In this document: one piece after another, positions 22,907 to 33,638 of the stretch
Position numbering within the stretch: position 1 is the stretch's first letter
How the letters are laid out: each line of letters begins with the position of its first letter
Virus record (IMG/VR): IMGVR_UViG_3300031994_002623
Span: 28,681 to 92,680 of that record
Direction: 5' to 3' (one strand)
DNA: 64,000 nt
Origin: a virus
Taxonomy: Duplodnaviria > Caudoviricetes
Program-made: the position numbers and the translations under genes
Notes under the pieces: generated by a model
Seen by the model: only the letters and a program-made list of their open reading frames with translations
Database searches by the model: none
What the model was told of the DNA's origin: nothing

Positions 22907-23407
22907 TTATGCCTTAACAGCCACCTGTCCACTTGAAATCATATCCTCAAGTTTCTGTGCAACCCTACTGGTCATAGGTCTCTCACCATTAAGTATCTTT
23001 CTAAGCTGTGACTGAGCACCCTCGTCAGTATGGTCTGGGAATATTTCCCTTGCAACTGCTGCAATATCTGTTTTCTCTGGGTCGATTCTGTCTGCAAGCT
23101 GTCTATAGTCACCAGCTGCAACGTCTCTGTTCTTCTCCTTATATCTTGTGAAGTTATATCTTTCACTACCTCCACCCTTCTTTTTACGCATTCTGTATTC
23201 AGCTTCTTTTTTCTTTTTAAGCTTTTCCTTGTACTTCTTTACTGCAAGGTCATGTGCTTCTTTATCGCTGAAACCTTTATTCTGGTATTTAAGCTGTAAC
23301 CTTCTGATGTTCTTATAGTGCTTCTCTTCCTCTGGGTTCTTATACACCCTTTCAGAGAGAATAGTCTTTTCCACTTCTTCACGTATGATTTGTGCTATAT
23401 AATCCAT
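22907..23407 (-). CDS. Hypothetical protein with a possible C-terminal HTH
   Basis: IAAVARE...QSQLRKILNGER helical pattern. Confidence 0.5.
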   Translation of the reverse strand: MDYIAQIIREEVEKTILSERVYKNPEEEKHYKNIRRLQLKYQNKGFSDKEAHDLAVKKYKEKLKKKKEAEYRMRKKKGGGSERYNFTRYKEKNRDVAAGDYRQLADRIDPEKTDIAAVAREIFPDHTDEGAQSQLRKILNGERPMTSRVAQKLEDMISSGQVAVKA

Positions 23408-23536
23408 AATATTTTAGTTAATAAACGTTATAATATACCTATAAATACATTTTTTTCTGAAAAAAGTTCTCTAATTATTTGGAATTAAAGAAAAAAATAT
23501 ATATCTTTGCACCACGATTCAAAAAAGTGAGAAAAT

Positions 23537-25213
23537 ATGAACACAAGAACAAGAACACAGACAACGAATAGGTTCGTTGAGACAGTAGGGTTTAGAGCAA
23601 CAACCCTTACAGAGAATGGAGCAGTTACTAACGTTACTACTGGTAGCCAGATAGTTGACCAGTTCGGTAAGGCAGGTAACTTCAGAGGTCGTCCTATCGC
23701 AGATGTGTTCACTGACCAGGCAAGAATCTGGGAGGAGAACGCTGAGGCAGCTCTCCGTTTCCCATTCTACCTTCGTATGGTTACACGTAAGGTGAAGGTT
23801 AACAAGGAGAACGAGACTGACAAGGTTCAGAACGGACAGGGTGCTCGTGATGAGTCATTCAAGCGTTTTCTTTGGATTGCCAAGGAACACCCATCAACCT
23901 TCTACAACAACGTATGGGCATTGCCTATTGTTGGTTCATGGAAGGACATTTGGACAATGTTGTTCTACGACATTCACGAGGGTACGAATGCGCTGAATCA
24001 TGAGGCGATGTTCGAAATCATTGCACAGGGTTTGCTTTGCGATACCCATGTTGACCTGGTGAAGAAATATATGCCTCGTATCAAGAGCGAGAGTAAGTGC
24101 AAGACTGAGTGGACTAAGACAACTAACAAGTTGGCTAAGGAGTTCGCTAACTTCATGAACCTGTCCTACAAGGAGTACAACAAGCTGAAGACCAGCGGTA
24201 ACGCACATGACTTCCAGAAGCTTATCTGTTCACGTAACTACGGTGAGTTGAACTGGAATCATATCCCAGGTCGTGCTCTGAATCTACTTGTAACCAGCAA
24301 GTTCCTTTCAAACCACAATTTGAAGGACGCTTACACCAAGTGGATAATGGGTAAGCCTGTGGCAAAGTTTACTGGATACGTCTTCGAGCTTGCCAAGAAG
24401 CTTCGTGATGCTGGTGTCTACAGAGGATATGCTCACAAGGCATTGTCTCCAGAGGTCAAGCACACTATCGATGCTCAGTTTATGGGCTTGGTAGAACAGG
24501 CACGTAAAAACGGTAAGATTACAGGTAACGTATGGTGCGCACTTGATACCAGCGGTTCAATGAGTACACGTGTGAATGGTCTGAATGACGTATCTTGTAG
24601 TGACGTTGCCAACTCTTTGGCAATCTTCTTCAGTGAACTTAACACTGGAGCGTTCCACAACAAGATTATCATGTTCGACAACAAGTCATACCCATACGAC
24701 CTCAAGGGTGATTCATTCTGCGACAAGGTGATGACACTACCAGGTGTTCCTTGTGGAGGTACTAACTTCCAGTCAATCGTAGAGGAGATTGTGAAGATTC
24801 GTAAGGAGCATCCAGAGATTCCTCTGGAGGACTACCCAAAGACCATCCTTGTGGTATCAGATATGCAGTTCAATCCTGCTGGTGGTGGCTACTATTCACG
24901 TCAGCGTACTGAGCCAACCAACTACGAGTACTCAAAGAAGACACTCAAGACTGTCTTCCCAGATGAGTTCGTTGAGAGTATGTCGTTCATCTGGTGGGAC
25001 GTAGCTGCAAGATACGGTAACACTCACTACGAGGGTGACTGCAACACTCCAGGTTGTTACTTCTTCTCTGGCTTCGATGGTAGTATTATATCGATGCTGC
25101 TTAACGAAGAGGCGGTGAAGGATGAGGTAACTGGTGAGGTTCGTAAGCCTACAGCCGAGGAGCTGGTAATGAAGGCTCTGTCACAGGAGATTCTGAATTA
25201 CATCAAGCTCTGA
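23537..25213 (+). CDS. DUF2828-type helical + VWA protein (Ro60/TROVE-like RNA-binding candidate)
   Basis: TENGA, GSWKD, KYMPR; MIDAS LDTSGSM, GGTNF, VSDMQF; own promoter and terminator. Confidence 0.75.
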   Translation: MNTRTRTQTTNRFVETVGFRATTLTENGAVTNVTTGSQIVDQFGKAGNFRGRPIADVFTDQARIWEENAEAALRFPFYLRMVTRKVKVNKENETDKVQNGQGARDESFKRFLWIAKEHPSTFYNNVWALPIVGSWKDIWTMLFYDIHEGTNALNHEAMFEIIAQGLLCDTHVDLVKKYMPRIKSESKCKTEWTKTTNKLAKEFANFMNLSYKEYNKLKTSGNAHDFQKLICSRNYGELNWNHIPGRALNLLVTSKFLSNHNLKDAYTKWIMGKPVAKFTGYVFELAKKLRDAGVYRGYAHKALSPEVKHTIDAQFMGLVEQARKNGKITGNVWCALDTSGSMSTRVNGLNDVSCSDVANSLAIFFSELNTGAFHNKIIMFDNKSYPYDLKGDSFCDKVMTLPGVPCGGTNFQSIVEEIVKIRKEHPEIPLEDYPKTILVVSDMQFNPAGGGYYSRQRTEPTNYEYSKKTLKTVFPDEFVESMSFIWWDVAARYGNTHYEGDCNTPGCYFFSGFDGSIISMLLNEEAVKDEVTGEVRKPTAEELVMKALSQEILNYIKL

Positions 25214-25319
25214 AGAAATAAAAGGTGCTAGTTAACGCTAGCACTTTTTTTGTTAAATAGAGTTAAGTAATTTTGATAATTCGCTTATTTTTTATATCTT
25301 TGCAGAAAAGATATTAATT

Positions 25320-25922
25320 ATGAAGGAATTTGTAAGATTGTTTAATTCATCAGCCCTGGCTGGTATTTGTATCGCTATGGGTGGTACTGCGTTTATGAAG
25401 GTAGGGGGTCTGTGGGGCGCTATACTCTTCTCATTTGGACTCATTACCGTAGTTCACTATGCTTTCAAACTTTATACTGGTACTGCTGGTTTCTTCAAGC
25501 CAGACAGTGTAAAGGAGTGGATAGAGCTGCTAGTTATCATTTTCGGTAACGCCATTGGTTGTGGACTCATGTCAATCCTCCTATGGAGTACTTCCCCAGA
25601 ACTGATAGAAGCATCAAGTCAGATTCTACATAAAAGATTAGATGCTGGTGCATTTAACTGTTTCCTTGCCGCAATCTGTTGCGGATTTATTATGACAACA
25701 GCGGTGCATTTTGCTAGAAAGAGACACTTCCTACCATTGCTATTCGGTGTACCTTTATTCATTATGTGTGGATTCACACACAGTATAGCCGATGCATTCT
25801 ATTTCCTATGTAGTAAGGAGTTTATAAGTGGAAGTGTTATTGCTATATGGATAGCTGAGATTCTTGGAAACTTCGTAGGTTGTAACCTGTACAGGATGGT
25901 AATTCCTAAACAGCCAGGTTAA
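25320..25922 (+). CDS. Formate/nitrite transporter (FNT) family membrane protein
   Basis: LAGICIAMGG, LYTG, GN..G, GFTHSIAD, GNFVG. Confidence 0.85.
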   Translation: MKEFVRLFNSSALAGICIAMGGTAFMKVGGLWGAILFSFGLITVVHYAFKLYTGTAGFFKPDSVKEWIELLVIIFGNAIGCGLMSILLWSTSPELIEASSQILHKRLDAGAFNCFLAAICCGFIMTTAVHFARKRHFLPLLFGVPLFIMCGFTHSIADAFYFLCSKEFISGSVIAIWIAEILGNFVGCNLYRMVIPKQPG

Positions 25923-26214
25923 AGCTTGTTAAATAATTTGGAAATATAATTTTTTTAATATATCTTTGCATCCGTAATGACCAGGGAAGAAATAATTCTT
26001 AGGACAATTATGTATTTTTTCAAAAAAAGTAAGAATAAGAGTAAGGGAAAAAGCAGCAGTAGGAAGAAGGGTGGAAACCCGAACTCCAGGCAGAAGAGGA
26101 AAGCTAGGATGGAAAGTATAACAGAGACACAGAGGCTTTCCATCGTTAATGCTGTCCTAAGTAAAAGAAGGCTGCTAGTATATACGGATAGTTTATAACA
26201 TTATATAAGATAAT

Positions 26215-27498
26215 ATGAATCCATTACTTAAAGAATTGAAAGAGAGAGGACTTATTGCAAGTCTCTCTGGCAACCTCGAAGAGTTGCTCAGTAAGCCAAC
26301 TGTATTTTATGTAGGTACTGACCCCACAGCGGACAGCCTACACCTTGGACATTTGCTGGCATTTACAACTGCCAAGCTTCTTCAGTCCTATGGCCATAAG
26401 CCTATCGTTCTGTTGGGAGGTGCTACGGCTTTCATTGGAGACCCATCGTTTAAGTCAGAAGAGCGCAAGCTTCTGAGTGCTGAAGTAGTCGAGCATAACA
26501 TCGAGGGTATCCGCAAACAGGTGAGTAGACTGCTTCACTTTGATAACAACGACCCAAAGGCTGCTATTCTGGTTAATAACTACGATTGGATGAAGAATTT
26601 CTCTTTCATCGATTTCGCACGTGAGGTTGGTAAGTGTATCACCGTTAACTACATGATGGCAAAGGACTCTGTAAAGAAGCGTCTTGAGCGTGAGGGTAGT
26701 GGTATGTCATTCACTGAGTTTACCTATCAGTTGTTACAGGGTTACGATTTCGTCGAGTTGTACCAGAACTATGACTGTAAGCTACAGATTGGTGGTAGTG
26801 ACCAGTATGGAAACGGTACTACTGGTATTGAACTGATACACAAGATGCTTGGAAAGGACGATGCTTGTATGTTGACATGGCCTTTGGTAACTAAGGCTGA
26901 TGGCACAAAGTTCGGTAAGTCAGAGAAGGGTAATATCTGGCTTGACCCAGAGAAGACGAGTCCATACGAGTTCTTCCAGTTCTGGATGAATCAGTCTGAC
27001 GAAGACTCAGAGCGTTTCATAAAGCTGTTCACCCTCATCCCTCTTGAAAACATCAAGACTATTATTGAGCAGCATCGTGAGAACCCAAGCAAACGTTACT
27101 TGCAGACTGTACTTGCTGAATACATGACTGAAATGATTCATGGTCATGATGCAGTGCTTGGTGTGAAACAGGCTACTGCATTCCTGTTTGGCGGTATTGG
27201 CCTTGACGAAATGGATATTAACGGATGGAAGTTCGTTGAGTCAGAGGTTGCTACTGTTGAGATACCAAAGGAACAGCTTGCCAGTGGTGTGACTGTTATC
27301 GACCTTGCAACCATGCATGACAAAGTGCCTTCAAAGTCCGAGGCTCGTAAGCTTATCAAGGCTAACGGTTTCTCCATCAACAGGGAGAAGGTTACCGACG
27401 AGAAGGTAGTTGTTGATGCTGGTAGTCTAATCAACGGCAAGTATCTACTTCTCCAAAAGGGTAAGAAAGATTATACGCTAATTGTGGCTAAATCCTAA
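26215..27498 (+). CDS. tyrS: Tyrosyl-tRNA synthetase
   Basis: DPTADSLHLGH, QIGGSDQ, KFGKS, C-terminal S4 domain. Confidence 0.97.
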   Translation: MNPLLKELKERGLIASLSGNLEELLSKPTVFYVGTDPTADSLHLGHLLAFTTAKLLQSYGHKPIVLLGGATAFIGDPSFKSEERKLLSAEVVEHNIEGIRKQVSRLLHFDNNDPKAAILVNNYDWMKNFSFIDFAREVGKCITVNYMMAKDSVKKRLEREGSGMSFTEFTYQLLQGYDFVELYQNYDCKLQIGGSDQYGNGTTGIELIHKMLGKDDACMLTWPLVTKADGTKFGKSEKGNIWLDPEKTSPYEFFQFWMNQSDEDSERFIKLFTLIPLENIKTIIEQHRENPSKRYLQTVLAEYMTEMIHGHDAVLGVKQATAFLFGGIGLDEMDINGWKFVESEVATVEIPKEQLASGVTVIDLATMHDKVPSKSEARKLIKANGFSINREKVTDEKVVVDAGSLINGKYLLLQKGKKDYTLIVAKS

Positions 27499-27510
27499 AC
27501 AATATATATC

Positions 27511-27975
27511 ATGGCAACTAGGAGTTGTATTATCGTAAAAGTTAGAAATTCTGATGTTGGGTCAACACAAAGATATTCTGACGAGAAGTCTAAGTCTCCA
27601 GCCAGTGATTGGGGTGGAGAAGCTTCTAATGACAAGTGTGAAGACGTGAAGATTGAGAAACCTTTCATTGGTGTATATTGCCATTGGAATGGTTATCCTA
27701 GCGGTGTTGGAGAGTCTCTTAAGTCTTTTGCGGACACCTATGAGAGGGCATTGAACCTTGTGTTAGGCGGTGATATGAGCAGCGTTGATAACGATGGCTT
27801 TACTCACTACGCAAACAGAGAAGGTGAAGTGTGGGAGCATATAGCGCCAAAACAGGGAGACACTGCAATCGATGTAAATTCACAGATTGATGAGGACTAC
27901 GCCTATGTTTTCGAAGAGAATAAGGGTGGATGGTTTCTTCTCAACAAGAAGACTGGAGAATTGGAAGAGTATTAA
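27511..27975 (+). CDS. Conserved phage hypothetical protein
   Basis: MATRS..I...YCHW.GYP motif. Confidence 0.6.
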   Translation: MATRSCIIVKVRNSDVGSTQRYSDEKSKSPASDWGGEASNDKCEDVKIEKPFIGVYCHWNGYPSGVGESLKSFADTYERALNLVLGGDMSSVDNDGFTHYANREGEVWEHIAPKQGDTAIDVNSQIDEDYAYVFEENKGGWFLLNKKTGELEEY

Positions 27976-28282
27976 ATGATGTTAAAAAACGGGGTAACTT
28001 TTGGCTATTCCGTTTTTTTTCTGTATCTTTGCACTCAAAATTACGATAATATGAAGAAAATTTGCTTACTTAATTGCTTTGGTGATATAATTAATGGTAT
28101 TCGCTTAGACAGCGGTGCTGCTACTGCTGGTAGCTATTCAGTTCCTAGTGTTATGGATTTAAGCGTACAGCATAGGAGTGAGATAGTAGTGAAGATTAAG
28201 AATATCAATTTACTACCACATGAGAAAGTAAAGTTTACGGAGTTGAAGAAATTAAAGTAAAACAAATAATAAATTAGGTATT

Positions 28283-29224
28283 ATGATAGAGACTTATCGT
28301 ACAGCACCTTTAAACTATGGTGAGGTGTTTAACAACTTGATTGAGGGAATCGTCGAGTATGTAGCCAACAACAACATTAAGTGTCTTGTCCTTGGTATTA
28401 GCGGTGGTATTGATTCTACTGTGTGCGCAGCATTGTGCAACAAGGCAATCGTTAGATTCAAGGCTAAGTATCCTGGTATTGACAGCCCTACGTTGGCTGG
28501 TTTCAGTCTTCCATGTTCAACCAACAAGGAGGATGAGGTTAGTGCTGCATCATTGGTCGGTAAAGAGTTCTGCACCACTTTCGACGAGATAAACCTTGAG
28601 GATGTCTACGAGACTGTAGAGGATTTCTGTAAGGGAACTATCCATAACATAGATGCCACGCCAATATCAAGAGGGAACATCAAGGCTCGTCTGCGTATGC
28701 TTACGCTGTATGACATCGCTTCTAGGACACGTGGTCTGGTGGTGGACACTGACAACCTCACAGAGCACTTCCTTGGCTTCTGGACTCTTCATGGTGATGA
28801 CGGTGATTTCAATCCAATCGGTGGTTTGTGGAAGCACGAGGTGTACGACCTAGCTAAGTGGATGAAGGAGAATGTGTTCAAGGATTCCAAGGCACTTGAG
28901 GCATCCATTGCACTTATGCCTACCGATGGTAACGGTGTGAAGGAAGGTGGAGACCTTGCTCAGATTGCCCCAGGAAAGACCTACGACGATGTGGATGAAA
29001 TCTTACATGCCTGGGTTGGTTTGGACTCTAGAATCAAACCAACTGTTGTGACAAGTGACTACGAGCATGGTGTGTTCAAGGGTCTGTGCCAGAAGCATGG
29101 TAAGGATACTGTGGAAATGGTCATAGAGCGTTGTATCAAGTCTGAGTACAAGCGCAAGCAGCGTCCTCTGGTCATTGACATTTTCAATGGAAATATTACC
29201 GAGAAAAACGGTAAACTGTTATAA
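28283..29224 (+). CDS. nadE: NH3-dependent NAD+ synthetase
   Basis: LGISGGIDS, GNIKARLRM, TDNLTE..GF.T..GD, LWKHEV. Confidence 0.92.
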   Translation: MIETYRTAPLNYGEVFNNLIEGIVEYVANNNIKCLVLGISGGIDSTVCAALCNKAIVRFKAKYPGIDSPTLAGFSLPCSTNKEDEVSAASLVGKEFCTTFDEINLEDVYETVEDFCKGTIHNIDATPISRGNIKARLRMLTLYDIASRTRGLVVDTDNLTEHFLGFWTLHGDDGDFNPIGGLWKHEVYDLAKWMKENVFKDSKALEASIALMPTDGNGVKEGGDLAQIAPGKTYDDVDEILHAWVGLDSRIKPTVVTSDYEHGVFKGLCQKHGKDTVEMVIERCIKSEYKRKQRPLVIDIFNGNITEKNGKLL

Positions 29225-29326
29225 GGAATGTTCATTTCTAAATAATTGTTAAAAATCTGGGATTACTTTGGTTATCTCAGATTTTTTCTGTAACTTTGCG
29301 CCATAAATTAAATAAAAAGTAAGACT

Positions 29327-29827
29327 ATGGATTTTTTGATTGTATTGACAGTATGTCTATTAATTTTTCTGGTACTATGTTTACTGGAAAGACGAAAAGA
29401 GAAGAAGGATTTCGGTAAGAAGGTTACCAAGTGTATGGAAGACGTAAAGAAGTATGCTAGGAAATTTAACTCTTCAATGTCGCACCTTAATGACATCAAG
29501 GATGCAGTCCATGAACTTGCTAGGTCTAATAAGTTGAAGTATCTGAAGCCATTTGAGGCATATAATATACCAACTAAGAACTACTACTTTAATTGTTTGT
29601 TCTACCTTCTTACGACAGAAAATCTTGAGTATCGGATTGTCATAACGAAGAGTCCATTATACAAGGAGGATAATACGAAAAAGGTAAAGTTACTTCTAGA
29701 GCATTCAATGACACTGGAAGAGTTCGATAAGTTTGTAGATGAATGCAAGGAAGAAAACTATAAGGCTGGGCTTGAGAGATACAGGCGTGAACAGATTGAC
29801 AGCATTCTTAATAAGGCTATAAAATAA
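29327..29827 (+). CDS. Hypothetical membrane-anchored protein
   Basis: N-terminal hydrophobic helix. Confidence 0.5.
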   Translation: MDFLIVLTVCLLIFLVLCLLERRKEKKDFGKKVTKCMEDVKKYARKFNSSMSHLNDIKDAVHELARSNKLKYLKPFEAYNIPTKNYYFNCLFYLLTTENLEYRIVITKSPLYKEDNTKKVKLLLEHSMTLEEFDKFVDECKEENYKAGLERYRREQIDSILNKAIK

Positions 29828-29859
29828 CAAGTATATTAATGACTAATTTCGATTAGAAT

Positions 29860-30372
29860 ATGAAAAAGTATTATGATTTTATTATCTCTATACCAGCACT
29901 TGGTATAAGAAAGGGCGACATTGTATACAAGGAGGATAAGGTATTCAAGTTTGAGAAGAATGGTTGTGAAGTGCCAAGTTACATTAAGATGGATGCCACC
30001 ACTATTTCTGAGCACCCTTATCTGAGAAAGTATGATAATGGAACTCCTGTAGTACCTAATGCAGGTGCTCTTTCTTCCAAGTTTCCAGGTGGACTGTATG
30101 TCATTACTGACTTTCTGGTGAAGGATAACAGATATGCCATTACATCTGTAAATGATAAGTCCAAGGTTGCTTATGTTTCTGATAAGAAATTCAAACTTGC
30201 TGACATCTATTACTTCCTTGATTCGAAGGGAAAAATTCAAATGTCATATACTGGTAAAGATGCAGAGGCTGATGAGTGGAGAAAGGTCAGTCATAACATG
30301 TTCAAATCCAAGGAGGATGCTGACAGTTATAAGAACGAAATTATTGCTAAGTGGGTAACTTGTATTGGATAA
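29860..30372 (+). CDS. Hypothetical protein
   Basis: ORF track. Confidence 0.55.
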   Translation: MKKYYDFIISIPALGIRKGDIVYKEDKVFKFEKNGCEVPSYIKMDATTISEHPYLRKYDNGTPVVPNAGALSSKFPGGLYVITDFLVKDNRYAITSVNDKSKVAYVSDKKFKLADIYYFLDSKGKIQMSYTGKDAEADEWRKVSHNMFKSKEDADSYKNEIIAKWVTCIG

Positions 30373-30934
30373 AGCCATGAGGGTAAAGGATAAAATTGAA
30401 AAATACATTGACAAACTGGTAAAACAGTATCCAGTTGTTTGCACAATTGTAGAAGCTAGTAAATCACGCTACTATAACGTTAATGGTAGGGTCTTGAGAA
30501 TATCAGACCACATCGGTGCTAACAGCAGTGGTGTTATGTCGATTATAATCCCAGGATTTTCCTCTGGAGGCAATTATATCCTTCATGCACACACATCTGG
30601 TCAGTTATCTATTATACCATACGAGAGTGTTAAGGAAGTAGTTCGCTCATTTTTCTTTATATCATCCATGATGAATGAGATTGTTCAGAACACATTCAAG
30701 TGGGAGTCTGAGAAGTGCGAAACTTTCAATACAAACGAGGAAATTAAGAAATTGAAAGCTCAGAATAAAAAGCTTGAAAACTATAAGAAAAAAATGGTTA
30801 AAGCTACAAAGGGAAAAGCTGACAAGAATCTTATCATGGGTATTGAAAGAGCTAAATTTGATGATAAACATCTTGATATTATCGATGCTATCTTGGATAA
30901 AATGAAACGAACAGGAGTTTTAAACGAAGAATAA
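30365..30934 (+). CDS. Hypothetical protein
   Basis: S.Y...LRISDH motif; TTG start. Confidence 0.5.
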   Translation: MDKAMRVKDKIEKYIDKLVKQYPVVCTIVEASKSRYYNVNGRVLRISDHIGANSSGVMSIIIPGFSSGGNYILHAHTSGQLSIIPYESVKEVVRSFFFISSMMNEIVQNTFKWESEKCETFNTNEEIKKLKAQNKKLENYKKKMVKATKGKADKNLIMGIERAKFDDKHLDIIDAILDKMKRTGVLNEE

Positions 30935-30936
30935 TT

Positions 30937-32301
30937 ATGTTAGAATTAAAAGGACAGTATTGTAAGGACTTAAAGGTCTTTACCGACAACGTTGAGGAGA
31001 CTGCGTTGTCAACGATATATCGCATTGCTGATTGTATTGCGTTCAAGGACAGGAAAATACGAATCATGCCAGACTGTCACGATGGTAAGGGCATTGTAGT
31101 TGGCTTCTCATGCCCTGTTAATATAGATAAAGACCACGTGAACCCAGAGCACGTTGGATGTGATATCGGGTGTACTATCTCTGCTACCTTCTTCGATAAG
31201 CCTATTATCGACGATAATATGAAGGAGTTCGAGCACAAGATTCGCAAGGAGATACCTTTCGGTTTCTCAATTAACGACAAGTCTAAGATTGAATGGAAGC
31301 GTATCACCAAGGCTGTTAACGCAGCTATGGACAGGTTATGCTCATTGTATCCTCAGTTCTCAGAATATGCTATTCGTTTTGGAAACGAAATGGATTTGGA
31401 GAAGTGGTGTACCAGGGTACGTATTGACTATGGTGACTTCATTAAGGCTATCGGCTCTGTAGGTGGTGGTAACCATTTCCTTGAGTATGATGTCAACGAG
31501 GAGTTGGGTAAGTATTGCGTATGCGTACACTGCGGCTCACGTAAGCTTGGTTTGGCTGTATTCAATTACTGGAACAAGATTGCCAAGAGCATGACTGTTT
31601 CCAGGGAAGAAATGAAGATGCTTGAGAATAACGTCAAGGCTAAGAACACCGATAAATCAAAGATGAAGGAAGAGCTAAAGGCTGCAAGGGAGGAATATCT
31701 CTCTCACAGGATTCCAGGTTACCTCTCTGGAGAACACCTTATGGGATACTTAGTAGATGTACTCATTGCCCAGACCTATGCACAGCTGAATCACGAGGTA
31801 ATTAACGAGCAGGTCGTTGAGATATATAGGAAGATGTCTGGAGGTGGAAAACCAGTTGACTTCATCAGTACTACGCACAACTATATTGATTACGACTTCA
31901 AGGCGTTGATGGGTGCTCCAAACATGATGATTCGTAAGGGTTCTATCCGTGCTTACGAGGGTGAGAGGGTGATTATTCCATTCAACATGAGGGATGGTAT
32001 CTCTATCTGCACAGGTAAGTCAAATCCAGACTGGAACTTTACAGCACCACACGGTGCTGGACGCATTATGTCACGTTCAAAGGCTTTCGAGAACCTGGAT
32101 GCTGAGGAGTTTAAGAAACAGATGGCTGATGCTGGCATCTATACCACCACTGCCGATGAGAAGACTCTTGATGAAGCACCAGATGCTTATAAGCCAATGG
32201 CAGAAATTGTAAAGCTTATTGAGCCAACTGTTAACATCGAGTTCTTCATGAAGCCAAAGATGAATATCAAGGCACAGGAAGATAAGATTAAGTTCTTTTA
32301 A
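30937..32301 (+). CDS. rtcB: RtcB RNA 2',3'-cyclic phosphate/3'-P:5'-OH ligase
   Basis: MPDCH, VGCDIGC, GGGNHFLE, HCGSR, HNY, RKG, HGAGR..SR, DEAP.AYK. Confidence 0.96.
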   Translation: MLELKGQYCKDLKVFTDNVEETALSTIYRIADCIAFKDRKIRIMPDCHDGKGIVVGFSCPVNIDKDHVNPEHVGCDIGCTISATFFDKPIIDDNMKEFEHKIRKEIPFGFSINDKSKIEWKRITKAVNAAMDRLCSLYPQFSEYAIRFGNEMDLEKWCTRVRIDYGDFIKAIGSVGGGNHFLEYDVNEELGKYCVCVHCGSRKLGLAVFNYWNKIAKSMTVSREEMKMLENNVKAKNTDKSKMKEELKAAREEYLSHRIPGYLSGEHLMGYLVDVLIAQTYAQLNHEVINEQVVEIYRKMSGGGKPVDFISTTHNYIDYDFKALMGAPNMMIRKGSIRAYEGERVIIPFNMRDGISICTGKSNPDWNFTAPHGAGRIMSRSKAFENLDAEEFKKQMADAGIYTTTADEKTLDEAPDAYKPMAEIVKLIEPTVNIEFFMKPKMNIKAQEDKIKFF

Positions 32302-32304
32302 ATT

Positions 32305-32760
32305 GTGCGACGTATGATTACAATCGATATTTTCAGCAAGAAAACTCTTAAAGGTAAAACTATCTATAGAGTCTTTAGGGTTGGACATGAAATACCAGCA
32401 ACTGTTAATGTACGTGTGTACACCAATTGTGAGGTTACTGGCTTATCTTATAGTGGAGGCTATTTCAAATACAACATATTTGGAACAGACGAAGATGGTA
32501 ATAGGGTATTTTTCATGGGGTTTGGTGCAAGAACGGATAAACCTTCTCACGATATAGAAGAACTATTCCTTTCAAAGGATGAAGCAGTTGCAAAGAGAGA
32601 AGAAATCCTTGACCAGATAGAGAAAGAGATAGAGGATTATACAGCAGCCAGTAGGGATAAAATCAAGGCATCAAAGGCGATACTTGGGGATGCCAGAAGA
32701 AATAATCCACTGGTTAGTGAGAAGGAATTACTTGAACTTGTAACATCTGCTGCTGAATAA
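32305..32760 (+). CDS. Hypothetical protein
   Basis: ORF track. Confidence 0.5.
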   Translation: MRRMITIDIFSKKTLKGKTIYRVFRVGHEIPATVNVRVYTNCEVTGLSYSGGYFKYNIFGTDEDGNRVFFMGFGARTDKPSHDIEELFLSKDEAVAKREEILDQIEKEIEDYTAASRDKIKASKAILGDARRNNPLVSEKELLELVTSAAE

Positions 32761-32790
32761 AGAAAAAAAAAATGAGGACCAACCGAGTCC

Positions 32791-33276
32791 TCATTTTTTT
32801 GCTATTAGTTTATCGTACAGGAATTTCGTGAAATATGGCCTTATTGGAGCACCATAATATTCCTTAGCAAGTTCACGCTTCCTTTTAAGTGTCAGTTTCT
32901 CAAATTCTTTCCACTGGTATGTTGCACCGTGCATGCAGTAGTCCCAATTATCTTGATTGAGGTATGCCTCTATTTCAATTGGTATAAACTTGTATGCGGC
33001 ATGGAATTTAATGAATATAAGAGGGATATTGCGAACCCATTCCCATGCATACCTTAGGTAGAAGAAGAACCATGAATCATGTGTTGATTCAGCCTGCCTT
33101 ACGTGAATGGTTTCATGAGATTCCAGCTGACTGTCAATGGTATCAGTTTCATTAATCTTGTCGGCATCCTCTCTTTTGTGACAATAAATGTAACCCTTCC
33201 AGGTTAATGCTTTGATATTCGATGGTAGAAACCATGCCTTTCTACCTCTTACTGTAACAAATTTACTTGGTTTCAT
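32791..33276 (-). CDS. HExxH-motif hypothetical protein (possible metallopeptidase)
   Basis: HETIH and E.EAY motifs. Confidence 0.55.
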   Translation of the reverse strand: MKPSKFVTVRGRKAWFLPSNIKALTWKGYIYCHKREDADKINETDTIDSQLESHETIHVRQAESTHDSWFFFYLRYAWEWVRNIPLIFIKFHAAYKFIPIEIEAYLNQDNWDYCMHGATYQWKEFEKLTLKRKRELAKEYYGAPIRPYFTKFLYDKLIAKK

Positions 33277-33347
33277 AATTTTTTTTCAATAAATACTTGT
33301 TTTTTTAAAATTTTTAATATATCTTTGCACTGTTAAACAGAAATCTT

Positions 33348-33605
33348 ATGAGTATAGACGATTTAAAGAATGTACTTGGGAATAATAAAGTAACGAAGTA
33401 TTCTATTACGGCTGCTGAGGTCTCAAATATAATGCAGTACACTAATGTATCTCTAGAACTTGATAGGGGTACTCTTGACTATTATTACTCAATTGACGTA
33501 CAGAGTTTATTGGATTCAGATATGCCAGTAGCTGACCTTGATGACTTGAAGAAACAGGGTTGGGCTTTTGTCGAAGATGACAAATATCTTATATTATATA
33601 TTTAA
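33348..33605 (+). CDS. Hypothetical protein
   Basis: Follows the promoter at 33320. Confidence 0.5.
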   Translation: MSIDDLKNVLGNNKVTKYSITAAEVSNIMQYTNVSLELDRGTLDYYYSIDVQSLLDSDMPVADLDDLKKQGWAFVEDDKYLILYI

Positions 33606-33638
33606 TTTATTTTACTAATCTAACAATTTTTTCATCGT

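Noticed and set aside
15384-27498. Bacterial chromosome origin suggested by dnaK, dnaJ, infC and tyrS
   Set aside because: No bacterial operon context (no grpE or rpmI-rplT); the genes are interspersed with phage hypotheticals, tail genes and a phage-type tRNA array
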